A DNA stretch of 64,000 nucleotides. It comes from Terriglobia bacterium. Its GTDB lineage: Bacteria > Acidobacteriota > Polarisedimenticolia > Polarisedimenticolales > JAIQFR01. Location of the stretch: assembly GCA_963748015.1 (NCBI GenBank), contig CAVVHE010000008.1, positions 670,070-734,069 on the forward strand, given 5' to 3'. Made by a program: the position numbers and the translations under genes. Positions 18,320-26,261 of the stretch are shown piece by piece (position 1 is the stretch's first letter; each line of letters opens with the position of its first letter). Under the pieces are notes generated by a model. That model was not told the origin of the DNA. It worked only from the letters and a program-made list of their open reading frames with translations, and made no database searches.

Positions 18320-19521
18320 CGGCCCGCCAGCGCGGCCACCGGGTCGAGCCGCGACGCGCGGCGCGCGGGGAGCGCGCCGAAGACCATGCCGACCGCGAGG
18401 GAGACCGCGAGCGCACCGGCGACGGCCCAGTTCGGGGGCGAGAACGGAAACGTCGGATAGAACGCCAGGAGGATCCGGTTCCCCGCGAGGCCGGCCAGGA
18501 GACCGAGAACGCCCCCCGACGTCGAGATCAGCGCGGCCTCCGTGAGGAACGCCGCCAGGATCTGCCCTTCCGTGGCCCCCACCGCCTTCAGCAGCCCGAC
18601 CTCGCGGCTCCGCTCGCTGACCGACACGAGCATCACGTTCATGATCCCGATGCCGGCGACCGAGAGGGAGATCGCCGCGATCCCGGCGAGCGCCGCGGTG
18701 AGGATCCCCAGGATCCGCCCGAAGGTCGCGACGACCGAGTCCTGCGTGAACACGGTCACGTCCTCGATCCCGTCGTGCCGCTCGGTCAGGATGCGGAGGA
18801 CCTCGCCCTTCGCCTCCTCGATCCGGTCGTGCGACGAGATCTCCACGAGCGCGCGGAACAGCCCGCGCCGGTTGAACATCCGCATCGCCGTGACCACGGG
18901 CACGTGCACGACCTCGTCGAGGTCGATTCCGAGCGAGGTCCCTCGCGGCGCGATCACGCCGATGACCCGGAAGCGCTCGTCGCCGATCCGCAGCATCTCG
19001 CCGAGGGGGTTCAGCCCCGCGAAGAGCTCCCCCTGGACCTTCGCCCCGATCACGCACACCCGCGGCGCCCTGGAGGTCTCGACGTCGGGAAGGTAGCTTC
19101 CGATGCCGATCTTGAGGCGCCGCACCCCGAGCATGTCGCGCGTCGTCCCGAAGACCGTGATCTCGCGGCTCAACCCCCCGAACCGCGCCGTCGCGGTGCC
19201 GACGGAGAGTGGCGCGACGCGCCGCACGAACGGGACCCGCCTCGGGAGCCCCTCCACGTCATCGACCGTCAGCTCGTGGACGGTGCCCCCGATGATCGGA
19301 GCCACCCCGGTCGTCTCGGTCTTGCCGGGGACCAGGATCAGGAGGTTGCTGCCGAGCGACGTGAACTCGCCGGTGACGTAGACCCGCGCTCCCTCGCCGA
19401 GACTGGTGAGCATCGTGACCGCCGCGACGCCGATCGCGATGCCGAGGAGGGACAGCCCCGTCCTCAGCCGGTGCCCGCGGAGCGCACCCGCCGCGAACCG
19501 GAGTAGGTCACCGAGACCCAA
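18316..19521 (-). CDS. ABC transporter permease, MacB/FtsX type (paralog)
   Basis: MGLGDLLRFAAGALRGHRLRTGLSLLGIAIGVAAV... Same architecture as 17117..18319. Confidence 0.85.
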   Translation of the reverse strand: MGLGDLLRFAAGALRGHRLRTGLSLLGIAIGVAAVTMLTSLGEGARVYVTGEFTSLGSNLLILVPGKTETTGVAPIIGGTVHELTVDDVEGLPRRVPFVRRVAPLSVGTATARFGGLSREITVFGTTRDMLGVRRLKIGIGSYLPDVETSRAPRVCVIGAKVQGELFAGLNPLGEMLRIGDERFRVIGVIAPRGTSLGIDLDEVVHVPVVTAMRMFNRRGLFRALVEISSHDRIEEAKGEVLRILTERHDGIEDVTVFTQDSVVATFGRILGILTAALAGIAAISLSVAGIGIMNVMLVSVSERSREVGLLKAVGATEGQILAAFLTEAALISTSGGVLGLLAGLAGNRILLAFYPTFPFSPPNWAVAGALAVSLAVGMVFGALPARRASRLDPVAALAGR

Positions 19522-19530
19522 GGGCGGCTC

Positions 19531-21264
19531 CTATCGCCGAGGGCCGCCCGCCCTGGCCTCGAGCTCTTCCACGAAGCCGGGCGGGAACCGGACACCGAGG
19601 CGGCTCGCCTCGCGAGCCTCCGCGAGGGCGCGGGGGAGATCCCCGAGACGGTAGGCGGCGACCGCGAGGCTGTAGTGCGCCTCGGCGAACCCGGGGTCCA
19701 GCCGGAGCGCCTCGGCGTATCGCGCTACGGCCTCGTCGAACCTTCCCTTCTCCGCCATCGCGAGCCCGAGGTTGTACTGCGCGTTCGCGTACCCCGGGTT
19801 CAGCCGGACCGCCTCCGTCAGGAACCCGATCGCCTCGTCGGTCTTCCCCTGCTGGAGCAGCGCGCCGCCGAGACTGCTCAGCGCGCCGATCTCCCGCGGC
19901 TCGATCCGGAGCGCCTCGCGGTACTGCGCGATCGCGTCGTCCACGCGGCCGCGCTTCGCGAGGGCGGTCGCGAGATGGCAGTGCGCCTGGGTGTTGCCCG
20001 AGGTCACGGCGACCGCCCGCTCGAACAGCGTGACGCCGTCGGACCAGTAGCGGGTCTCGGCGCGGGCGGCGGCGCCGAGCGCCAAGAGCGCCGCGATCGC
20101 CGGCACGCCGAGAGCCCAGGTCCTGCCCCGCGGGACGAAGCGATCGGCCAGGTCCGACAGCCCCCAGGCGGCGATCACGAAGAGCCCCACCAGCGGGAGG
20201 TAGGTGTAGCGGTTCGCCATGGACTGGAGCCCCACCTGGACGAGGCCGATCACCGGCACCAGCATCCCGAGATACCAGAGCCAGCCGACCGCGAGGTAGG
20301 GAAGCCGGCGGCCGAACCGCACGGCGAGGTAGGTGACCGCGGCCAGCACGGCAAGCGCCGCGAGCCACTTCCACGCGGCGATCCCGGAAAACGGGTGGGG
20401 ATAGTACACGGAGAGCCCGGACGGCACGACCGCCAGGATCGCGTAGCGAACGTACGCCACGAGGGCGTTCGCGATCCGGGCCGGCAGCGGAATGCGCTCG
20501 AGAAGCGTCACCGCGCCGGATGCGAGCTGGACGCCGTAGGTGACGGCGCTCGACGCCGCCGCCAGCGCGAAGAGCGGCCACTTCTCCCACGCGCGCGAGA
20601 GCAGGTCGCGGCCGAAACGCCCCGCTCCCCTCGACGCCGTCAGCCGCCCGAGCGGCCAGTAGTCGAGGAGCAGGAACACGAACGGGAGCGTGACGATCAT
20701 CGGCTTCGCCATGAGTCCCAGCGCGAAGAGCGCCGCGGTCAGCGCGTACCGGCCGCGCCCCCCGCGGCGCGCCCACGCGACGTAGGCGATCGCCGCGAGC
20801 AGGCCGAAGAAAGCGCTCAGGACGTCCTTGCGCTCGGCCACCCACGCGACGGACTCCACGTGCAGCGGGTGCAGGGCGAACAGCGCGGCGACGAACGCGC
20901 TGCGCCAGGTCCTCCCGGTCGCGCGATCGAGCAGGAGGAGCAGGAGGACCGCGTTGGCCGCGTGGAGGAGGAGACTCGTCAGGTGGTGGCCCCACGGGTC
21001 GAGGCCGTACCACCGGCAGTCCAGCATGTGCGAGATCCAGGTGAGCGGGTGCCAGTTGTAGGAGTGGTAGCCGGTGAACGCCCGGACGATCCCGTCGAGG
21101 GTCACCCCCCGGTTCACCATCGGGTTCGACGTGACGTAGTCGGCGTCGTCGTAGGCGTCGATGAAGCCGTTCCCGAGCGAGGGCGCGTACACGGCGATCG
21201 TCGCACCGGCCAGCAAAATGGCCGCCAGGACCGTGCGTTGGCGGCCCGCGACCCCGCGCGTCAT
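19531..21264 (-). CDS. Polytopic membrane protein (GT-C/PMT_2/TMTC-like N-terminus) with C-terminal TPR repeats
   Basis: N-terminal ~400 aa with about 10 TM segments (DDADYV...NWHPLTWISHMLD...HHLTSLLLHAANAVLL). C-terminal ~170 aa of TPR repeats (AIAQYREALRIEP, AVRLNPGYANAQYNLG, ALRLDPGFAEAHYSLA). Its ATG overlaps the upstream ATPase stop. Confidence 0.75.
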   Translation of the reverse strand: MTRGVAGRQRTVLAAILLAGATIAVYAPSLGNGFIDAYDDADYVTSNPMVNRGVTLDGIVRAFTGYHSYNWHPLTWISHMLDCRWYGLDPWGHHLTSLLLHAANAVLLLLLLDRATGRTWRSAFVAALFALHPLHVESVAWVAERKDVLSAFFGLLAAIAYVAWARRGGRGRYALTAALFALGLMAKPMIVTLPFVFLLLDYWPLGRLTASRGAGRFGRDLLSRAWEKWPLFALAAASSAVTYGVQLASGAVTLLERIPLPARIANALVAYVRYAILAVVPSGLSVYYPHPFSGIAAWKWLAALAVLAAVTYLAVRFGRRLPYLAVGWLWYLGMLVPVIGLVQVGLQSMANRYTYLPLVGLFVIAAWGLSDLADRFVPRGRTWALGVPAIAALLALGAAARAETRYWSDGVTLFERAVAVTSGNTQAHCHLATALAKRGRVDDAIAQYREALRIEPREIGALSSLGGALLQQGKTDEAIGFLTEAVRLNPGYANAQYNLGLAMAEKGRFDEAVARYAEALRLDPGFAEAHYSLAVAAYRLGDLPRALAEAREASRLGVRFPPGFVEELEARAGGPRR

Positions 21265-21935
21265 GCCGCGGTCTCCGACGCCACCGCCCCGTCCACGAGG
21301 CGGACCCGCCGGTGCGCGCGCCGTCCGATGGCGGGGTCGTGGGTCACGACGACGAGCGTCAGCCCGCCCGCGTTCAGTCCCTCGAGCAGCGAGACCACCT
21401 CGGCCCCCGAGGCGGAGTCGAGGTTCCCGGTCGGCTCGTCCGCGAGGAGGATGGAGGGCCCCATGACCACGGCCCGCGCGCTCGCGACGCGCTGCCTCTC
21501 ACCTCCCGAGAGCTGATCGGGACGGTGCTGGGCGCGCTCGGAGAGGCCCACGGAGCGGAGCGCGCTCGCGACCCGCTCGGCGCGCTCGGCGCGCTCGACG
21601 CCCGCGAACATCAAGGGGAGCTCGACGTTCTCCGCGGCGGTGAGCCGCGGCACGAGGTGGAAGGCCTGGAACACGAAGCCGATCTTGTGACGGCGCACCT
21701 TCGAGAGCTCGCCCTCGTCGAGCCGCGCGACCTCTTGCCCATCGAGGACGTACGACCCCGCGGTCGGCCGGTCGAGGCAGCCGAGGATGTTGAGCAGGGT
21801 GGACTTCCCGGAGCCCGAAGGGCCCATCACCGAGACGTACTCCCCCGGTCCGATCGACAGGTCGACCTCGCGGAGCGCGTGCACCGGCCGGCCTCCCACG
21901 CCGTACACCCTCGAGATGCCGCGCAGCTCGATCAC
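21261..21935 (-). CDS. ABC transporter ATP-binding protein (MacB/LolD-type)
   Basis: GTG start overlaps the adaptor gene stop (GTGA). Walker A GPSGSGKST, Q-loop, signature LSGGERQRVA, Walker B ILLADEPTGNLD. Confidence 0.95.
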   Translation of the reverse strand: MIELRGISRVYGVGGRPVHALREVDLSIGPGEYVSVMGPSGSGKSTLLNILGCLDRPTAGSYVLDGQEVARLDEGELSKVRRHKIGFVFQAFHLVPRLTAAENVELPLMFAGVERAERAERVASALRSVGLSERAQHRPDQLSGGERQRVASARAVVMGPSILLADEPTGNLDSASGAEVVSLLEGLNAGGLTLVVVTHDPAIGRRAHRRVRLVDGAVASETAA

Positions 21936-23086
21936 TTGAGCGTCTCGCCCGCGATCTCGACCGGTGCGCCTTCTTTGATCTCCGCGCGGTCGAGAGACAC
22001 CACGACCGCCTCGCCGGGGGCCGGCCCCTCCTTCACCTCGACGAACTCCCAGTTCCTGAGGCCGGTCTTGACCGGCACGGCGACGAGCTTTCCGCTCCGG
22101 ACCACCAACACCTTGCTCCCCTCGATCAACGCGTAGCTCGGAACGCGAAGCACCCCTTCGCGGGAATCGAGGATCACCTCGACGTCCGCCGACGTGCCGG
22201 GGAGCAACGACTTCGCGAACGCCGCGTCGTCGAGCTCGGCCTCGACCTCGAAGGTCCGGTTCTGCTCCTCGACGTCGAGCACGTAGGGGGCGACGCGCGT
22301 GACGCGCCCCGGGAACGAGCGGCCGGGGAGCGCGTCCATGGTGATCCGCACCGGCTGGCCCGGGCGGACCCGTCCCACGTCCACCTCGTCCATCGGCACG
22401 CTGACGTAGATCGCGTCGGGATCGATCAGCTCGAGCACGGGCGGGATCGGCAGGCCGGGAGGGGAGGGGGTGATGAACTCGCCGACCTCGGTCTTGAGGT
22501 CCGCCACGACACCGTCGAACGGCGCGCGCAGCACCGTCTTGGCGAGGGTGGCCCGCGCGACGTCGAGCGCCGCGGCCGCCTGCTCGATCCGCGCGCGCGC
22601 CGCATCGCACGAAGCCGCCGCCACCTCGCTCCGGCTCTCGAACTGGTCGAGGATCTCCTGGGAGACCACGCGGTCGCGCGCCAGCCTCGAGTAGCGGTCG
22701 AGATCCCGCGCCGATTGCTCGGCGGCGCGGCAGGCCTCCCGCTCCGAGGCGCGCGCGGCGTCGAGAGCGCGCTCCTGGAGAGCGACCTGCGCGCCGTACT
22801 CGGCCTGCGCGAGCCGCAGGAGGACCTCGCCCGCGCGGACCCTGTCCCCCTTTCTCGCGGTCAGCGTCTCGACGCGCCCGCCGACCTCCGCGCTGAGCGA
22901 TGCGCGCCGGCGGGACTGGACCGTGCCGGCCTTGCTGTTGGTGACGGTCTCCTCGACGCGCCCCGGCGCGGCGCGGAACACGGTGACCGGGACCGGCGCG
23001 CTCCGGAAGACCGTGAGGCGAAGGGCGACGATCGCGGCGGCGAAGAGGACCAAGGCGACGATCCGGCGCGTCCAGGGTGATCTCAT
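21932..23086 (-). CDS. Efflux periplasmic adaptor (HlyD/MacA-type membrane fusion protein)
   Basis: Start at MRSPWTRRIVALVLFAAAIVAL (single TM). Coiled-coil hairpin region, lipoyl/beta-barrel motifs (LRAPFDGVVAD, VLRVPSYAL). The longer ORF to 23251 is unsupported. Confidence 0.85.
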   Translation of the reverse strand: MRSPWTRRIVALVLFAAAIVALRLTVFRSAPVPVTVFRAAPGRVEETVTNSKAGTVQSRRRASLSAEVGGRVETLTARKGDRVRAGEVLLRLAQAEYGAQVALQERALDAARASEREACRAAEQSARDLDRYSRLARDRVVSQEILDQFESRSEVAAASCDAARARIEQAAAALDVARATLAKTVLRAPFDGVVADLKTEVGEFITPSPPGLPIPPVLELIDPDAIYVSVPMDEVDVGRVRPGQPVRITMDALPGRSFPGRVTRVAPYVLDVEEQNRTFEVEAELDDAAFAKSLLPGTSADVEVILDSREGVLRVPSYALIEGSKVLVVRSGKLVAVPVKTGLRNWEFVEVKEGPAPGEAVVVSLDRAEIKEGAPVEIAGETLK

Positions 23087-23177
23087 GGCGGGAATGGTAC
23101 AAGAAAAACAGGCGCGAGCCGCCGGGCGCCGGGGAGCGCCGGACGTCCTTCGGGGGCCGCGTCCCGGCCGCCGCGCG

Positions 23178-23756
23178 TCAGCGCCGGCGACGGGCCGTCT
23201 TCGCTGGTTTCTTCGGGCCGCAAGCCTTGTAGAGGACCACCTCGCGCCCACCCTTGCGGTGCTCGGCGTGGTCCATCAGCTCGCGCATGAGGAAGATGCC
23301 CCGTCCATGGGGAAGCTCCAGCCGTTCGGCGGAGCGGGGATCGGGCACCGCGGAGGGGTCGAACCCCGGCCCCTCGTCGCGGATGGCGAGGAGGATGCCG
23401 TCGTCGGGGTCTCCGTAGCACCGGAGCAGGACCTTCTTGTGGGAGTCGTTGTTGTTGCCGTGGATGATCGCGTTGGCGAGAGCCTCGCGGACGGCTATCT
23501 CGACGTCGGCCACGTCGGACGAGAGGCAGCCGGCTTCGCGCGCGACCGTCATGACCTTGTCGACGGCGAGGTTGATGGACTCCCTCGTGCTGGGGAGCAA
23601 CGCTCGGAACCGGAGGACGAGGCGACGTCGATCGAGCTTCACCGGAAGCCTCGAGGACCTCTCGGTGGCCACGGTTCTCGACGCTTTCGCCACGAAACCT
23701 CCCCGGGTCAGGACGCTGCGGGCGCCTGCCCGTGCCGGCACTAAGATACCGTTCAT
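23178..23756 (-). CDS. Anti-sigma regulatory factor-type Ser/Thr kinase (RsbW/SpoIIAB-like HATPase)
   Basis: EIAVREALANAIIHGN (N box), IRDEGPGFD (G1), GRGIFLMRELMD (G2). Start is uncertain: the ATG at 23756 was chosen because the longer ORF runs into the hairpin repeat. Confidence 0.7.
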   Translation of the reverse strand: MNGILVPARAGARSVLTRGGFVAKASRTVATERSSRLPVKLDRRRLVLRFRALLPSTRESINLAVDKVMTVAREAGCLSSDVADVEIAVREALANAIIHGNNNDSHKKVLLRCYGDPDDGILLAIRDEGPGFDPSAVPDPRSAERLELPHGRGIFLMRELMDHAEHRKGGREVVLYKACGPKKPAKTARRRR

Positions 23757-23791
23757 TACGGCGAATGACGAGCCGGAGTTTCGGCCCGCTT

Positions 23792-23860
23792 CGTCCCGGC
23801 TCGGACGTGTCCTCGCCAACCCGAAAAAGGGTTGTCTCCGGACACGTCCGAGCCGGGACG
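23792..23860. repeat. Solitary member of the covarying hairpin repeat family
   Basis: CGTCCCGGCTCGGACGTGTCC-TCGCC-AACCC-GAAAAA-GGGTT-GTCTCC-GGACACGTCCGAGCCGGGACG. Perfect 21-bp outer stem, 11 nt downstream of the 23871..24209 stop. Confidence 0.85.
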
Positions 23861-23870
23861 ACGCAGGTCG

Positions 23871-24209
23871 TTAGGTGGTGGCGAGCAGGGCGTCGATCTT
23901 GGCGGCGCAGATGAAGTCGTTCTCCGAGAGGCCGCCGATGGCGTGGGTGGTGTAGCGGACGCGGACGAGGTTGTAGCCCACCTCGAGGTCCGGGTGGTGG
24001 TCCTCGCGGTGGGAGATCCAGGCCGTGGCGTTCACGAACGCCATCGTTTCGTGGTAGTTCCGGAAGTTGAACAGCTTCTGGATCTCCTTGCCGGAGGGAT
24101 CGAGGGTCCAGTGGTCGAGCTTCGCTATCAGCTTGCGGGCCGCCTCGAGGGCGAGGGGCTCGACGCCGCCCTCGCAGGGCTTGCAGTGCTTCGTGGCCAG
24201 GTCGCTCAT
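23871..24209 (-). CDS. Pterin-4-alpha-carbinolamine dehydratase
   Basis: 112 aa. ...FNFRNYHETMAFVNATAWISHREDHHPDLEVGYNLVRVRYTTH... matches the PCD/DCoH signature (HHPD...V...TH). Confidence 0.9.
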   Translation of the reverse strand: MSDLATKHCKPCEGGVEPLALEAARKLIAKLDHWTLDPSGKEIQKLFNFRNYHETMAFVNATAWISHREDHHPDLEVGYNLVRVRYTTHAIGGLSENDFICAAKIDALLATT

Positions 24210-24338
24210 GTCTCACCTCATCCGGGGACGATCCCCGGGTCCGAGCGATCGATTATCGCCGGTGACGGCCTCGAGGGCGAGGGGGCCCGGCGGGCAAGGG
24301 ATCCTCCGGGGTTTCGGCGGGCCCCCGGATGCGCTCTA

Positions 24339-26123
24339 ATGTCCGTCCCGCCCTCGCGGGACGAGGTGACGATGCGCGGACGACGGCTCCCGGCTCTCGT
24401 GGCCTGGCTACTGGTAGTGGGCGTGGCGTTCGCGGCGCCGGGCGCGGGGGTGGCGCCCTCGCCGTCTAGCCCATCGCCGCGGCTCGCGGTGATCGTCGTG
24501 CTCGACGGCCTCTCCTGGGACGCGCTGGCGGGTGCCAAGCCCGCGTTCACGTCCGGTCTCAAGCGCTTGCTCGACGAGGGGCTCGTGGAGAGCGCCTGCC
24601 GGTACCGGCATCTCAACACCGAGACCGGCCCCGGCCACGCCTCCCTCTCCACCGGGGCGCCTCCTAGCGTCAACGGCATCGTCGCGAACGACTGGCACGA
24701 GATGGGGCCCGGCGGGAAGATGCGGCGGGTCTACTGCGCGGAAGAGGCCGGCGCCACGGGCGCCACGGCGAGGAAGGGGCCGTTCCAACTTGCCGCGCCG
24801 ACCCTCGGGGACCGGCTCGTCGAGCAGCGGCCGGGGGCCCGGGTCGTATCGATCTCCGGAAAGGACCGCGCCGCGATTTTCCTCGCCGGGAAGAACCCGA
24901 AGCACGTCGTCTACTGGCTCGATTCGCGCTCGGGGCAGTTCGTGACCACCCCGGCCTACGATCCGTCGGCCCCGGGCGCCCCGCGCGCGGCGGCGATCGT
25001 GGCCGCGTTCAACTCGTCCCGCGGCGGGGCCAAGCTCGGGGAGCGGTACGGGACCGTCTGGCGGAAGCTGGACGGCGGACCGCTGCCGGCGGGGGTCAAG
25101 GCACCGGCCGCGGAGGCCGACATCGCGCCCTACCAGGTGCCGGCGGTGGGGATCGGCTTCGACCATGACCTCGCGAAGGCGCCTTCGGGGTTCATTCGCG
25201 GCTTCTTCTTCAGCCCGTTTCAGGACGAGGCGATGACGGACCTCGCCGTCGACCTCCTGGGCGACGACGAGCTCGGGCTCGGGCGCGGCTCGGTGCCCGA
25301 CCTGCTTTGCGTCTCGTTCTCCGCGAACGACTACGTCGGGCACGCGTACGGGCCCGAGTCGGCCGAGAGCCTCGATCTCCTGCGCCGCTTCGATCGGTCG
25401 ATCGGGCGGCTCCTCGACGCCCTCGACCGGCGATTCGGCAAGGGGGGCGTCACGCTCGCCCTGTCCGCCGATCACGGGATGTCGCCGATCCCCGAGGTCG
25501 AGCGCAAGCGCGACCCGTCGTTCAAGGGGAAGCGCCTCTACGACCGGGAGACGGCATCCACGCTGACTACCTTTCAGGATTGGCTGGGACGGCTGATCGA
25601 CCGCGACCTCTGTCTCGACCCCGCGGCCCGTCCGATTCGCGGGTTGGGTTGCTGGTCGGTGTACTACGACCGGGACATCCTCCCGCTGCGAACGGTCGCC
25701 GGCCCGTGCGGCCCTGCGGGACGCGAGGTGACCACGGTGGACCTCGACGGGGCGCTCGAGCGGGTGGTCGCGCGGTTCTTCGCCGACGAGCTCGAGGGAG
25801 TCTTGCCGATTTCGCGCCAGGGCCATTGGCCGTCCGCGGACTCGGCGGTGCCGTTCGCGCGGAACGATCTCCACCCCGGCCGCTCGGGGGACGCGTTTCT
25901 CGTGCCTCGCTACGGCGTGATGCTCCAGGGAGACCCGGGGCGCGGGACCGGGCACGGCTCGCAGTTCGGCCCCGACACGCACGTCCCGCTGCTGTTCTGG
26001 GGCGCGGGCATCGTGCCGGGCGTCTCCGACGCGGACACGGCGCCCTACGACCTGGCGCCGACTCTCGCGAAGATCCTCGGCGTGCGCCTCCCCGACGCCA
26101 CCGGCCGCTCGCTGGTCCCGTAG
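24339..26123 (+). CDS. Alkaline-phosphatase-superfamily phosphodiesterase/nucleotide pyrophosphatase-like secreted enzyme
   Basis: Signal peptide (alternative start ATG 24372, MRGRRLPALVAWLLVVGVAFA). VVLDGLSWD metal/nucleophile region, TGPGHASLSTG, SADHGM, GHGS blocks typical of type I phosphodiesterases. Confidence 0.8.
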   Translation: MSVPPSRDEVTMRGRRLPALVAWLLVVGVAFAAPGAGVAPSPSSPSPRLAVIVVLDGLSWDALAGAKPAFTSGLKRLLDEGLVESACRYRHLNTETGPGHASLSTGAPPSVNGIVANDWHEMGPGGKMRRVYCAEEAGATGATARKGPFQLAAPTLGDRLVEQRPGARVVSISGKDRAAIFLAGKNPKHVVYWLDSRSGQFVTTPAYDPSAPGAPRAAAIVAAFNSSRGGAKLGERYGTVWRKLDGGPLPAGVKAPAAEADIAPYQVPAVGIGFDHDLAKAPSGFIRGFFFSPFQDEAMTDLAVDLLGDDELGLGRGSVPDLLCVSFSANDYVGHAYGPESAESLDLLRRFDRSIGRLLDALDRRFGKGGVTLALSADHGMSPIPEVERKRDPSFKGKRLYDRETASTLTTFQDWLGRLIDRDLCLDPAARPIRGLGCWSVYYDRDILPLRTVAGPCGPAGREVTTVDLDGALERVVARFFADELEGVLPISRQGHWPSADSAVPFARNDLHPGRSGDAFLVPRYGVMLQGDPGRGTGHGSQFGPDTHVPLLFWGAGIVPGVSDADTAPYDLAPTLAKILGVRLPDATGRSLVP

Positions 26124-26163
26124 TGCGCCGGCGTCCCTCGTCGACCTTCCCGTAACGCCGGCC

Positions 26164-26240
26164 CGCGAGGGCGAGGCCGGGAGCGTCCGAAGACGCCCCT
26201 TTTCCGGGGCGGCGAGGACGCTCCCGGCCTCGTCCTCGCG
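26164..26240. repeat. Solitary member of the covarying hairpin repeat family (core on opposite strand)
   Basis: CGCGAGGGCGAGGCCGGGAGCGTCC-GAAGAC-GCCCC-TTTTCC-GGGGC-GGCGA-GGACGCTCCCGGCCTCGTCCTCGCG. 25-bp outer stem with one mismatch, between convergent gene ends. Confidence 0.85.
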
Positions 26241-26261
26241 GACCACCACGTTGTTTGCGGG

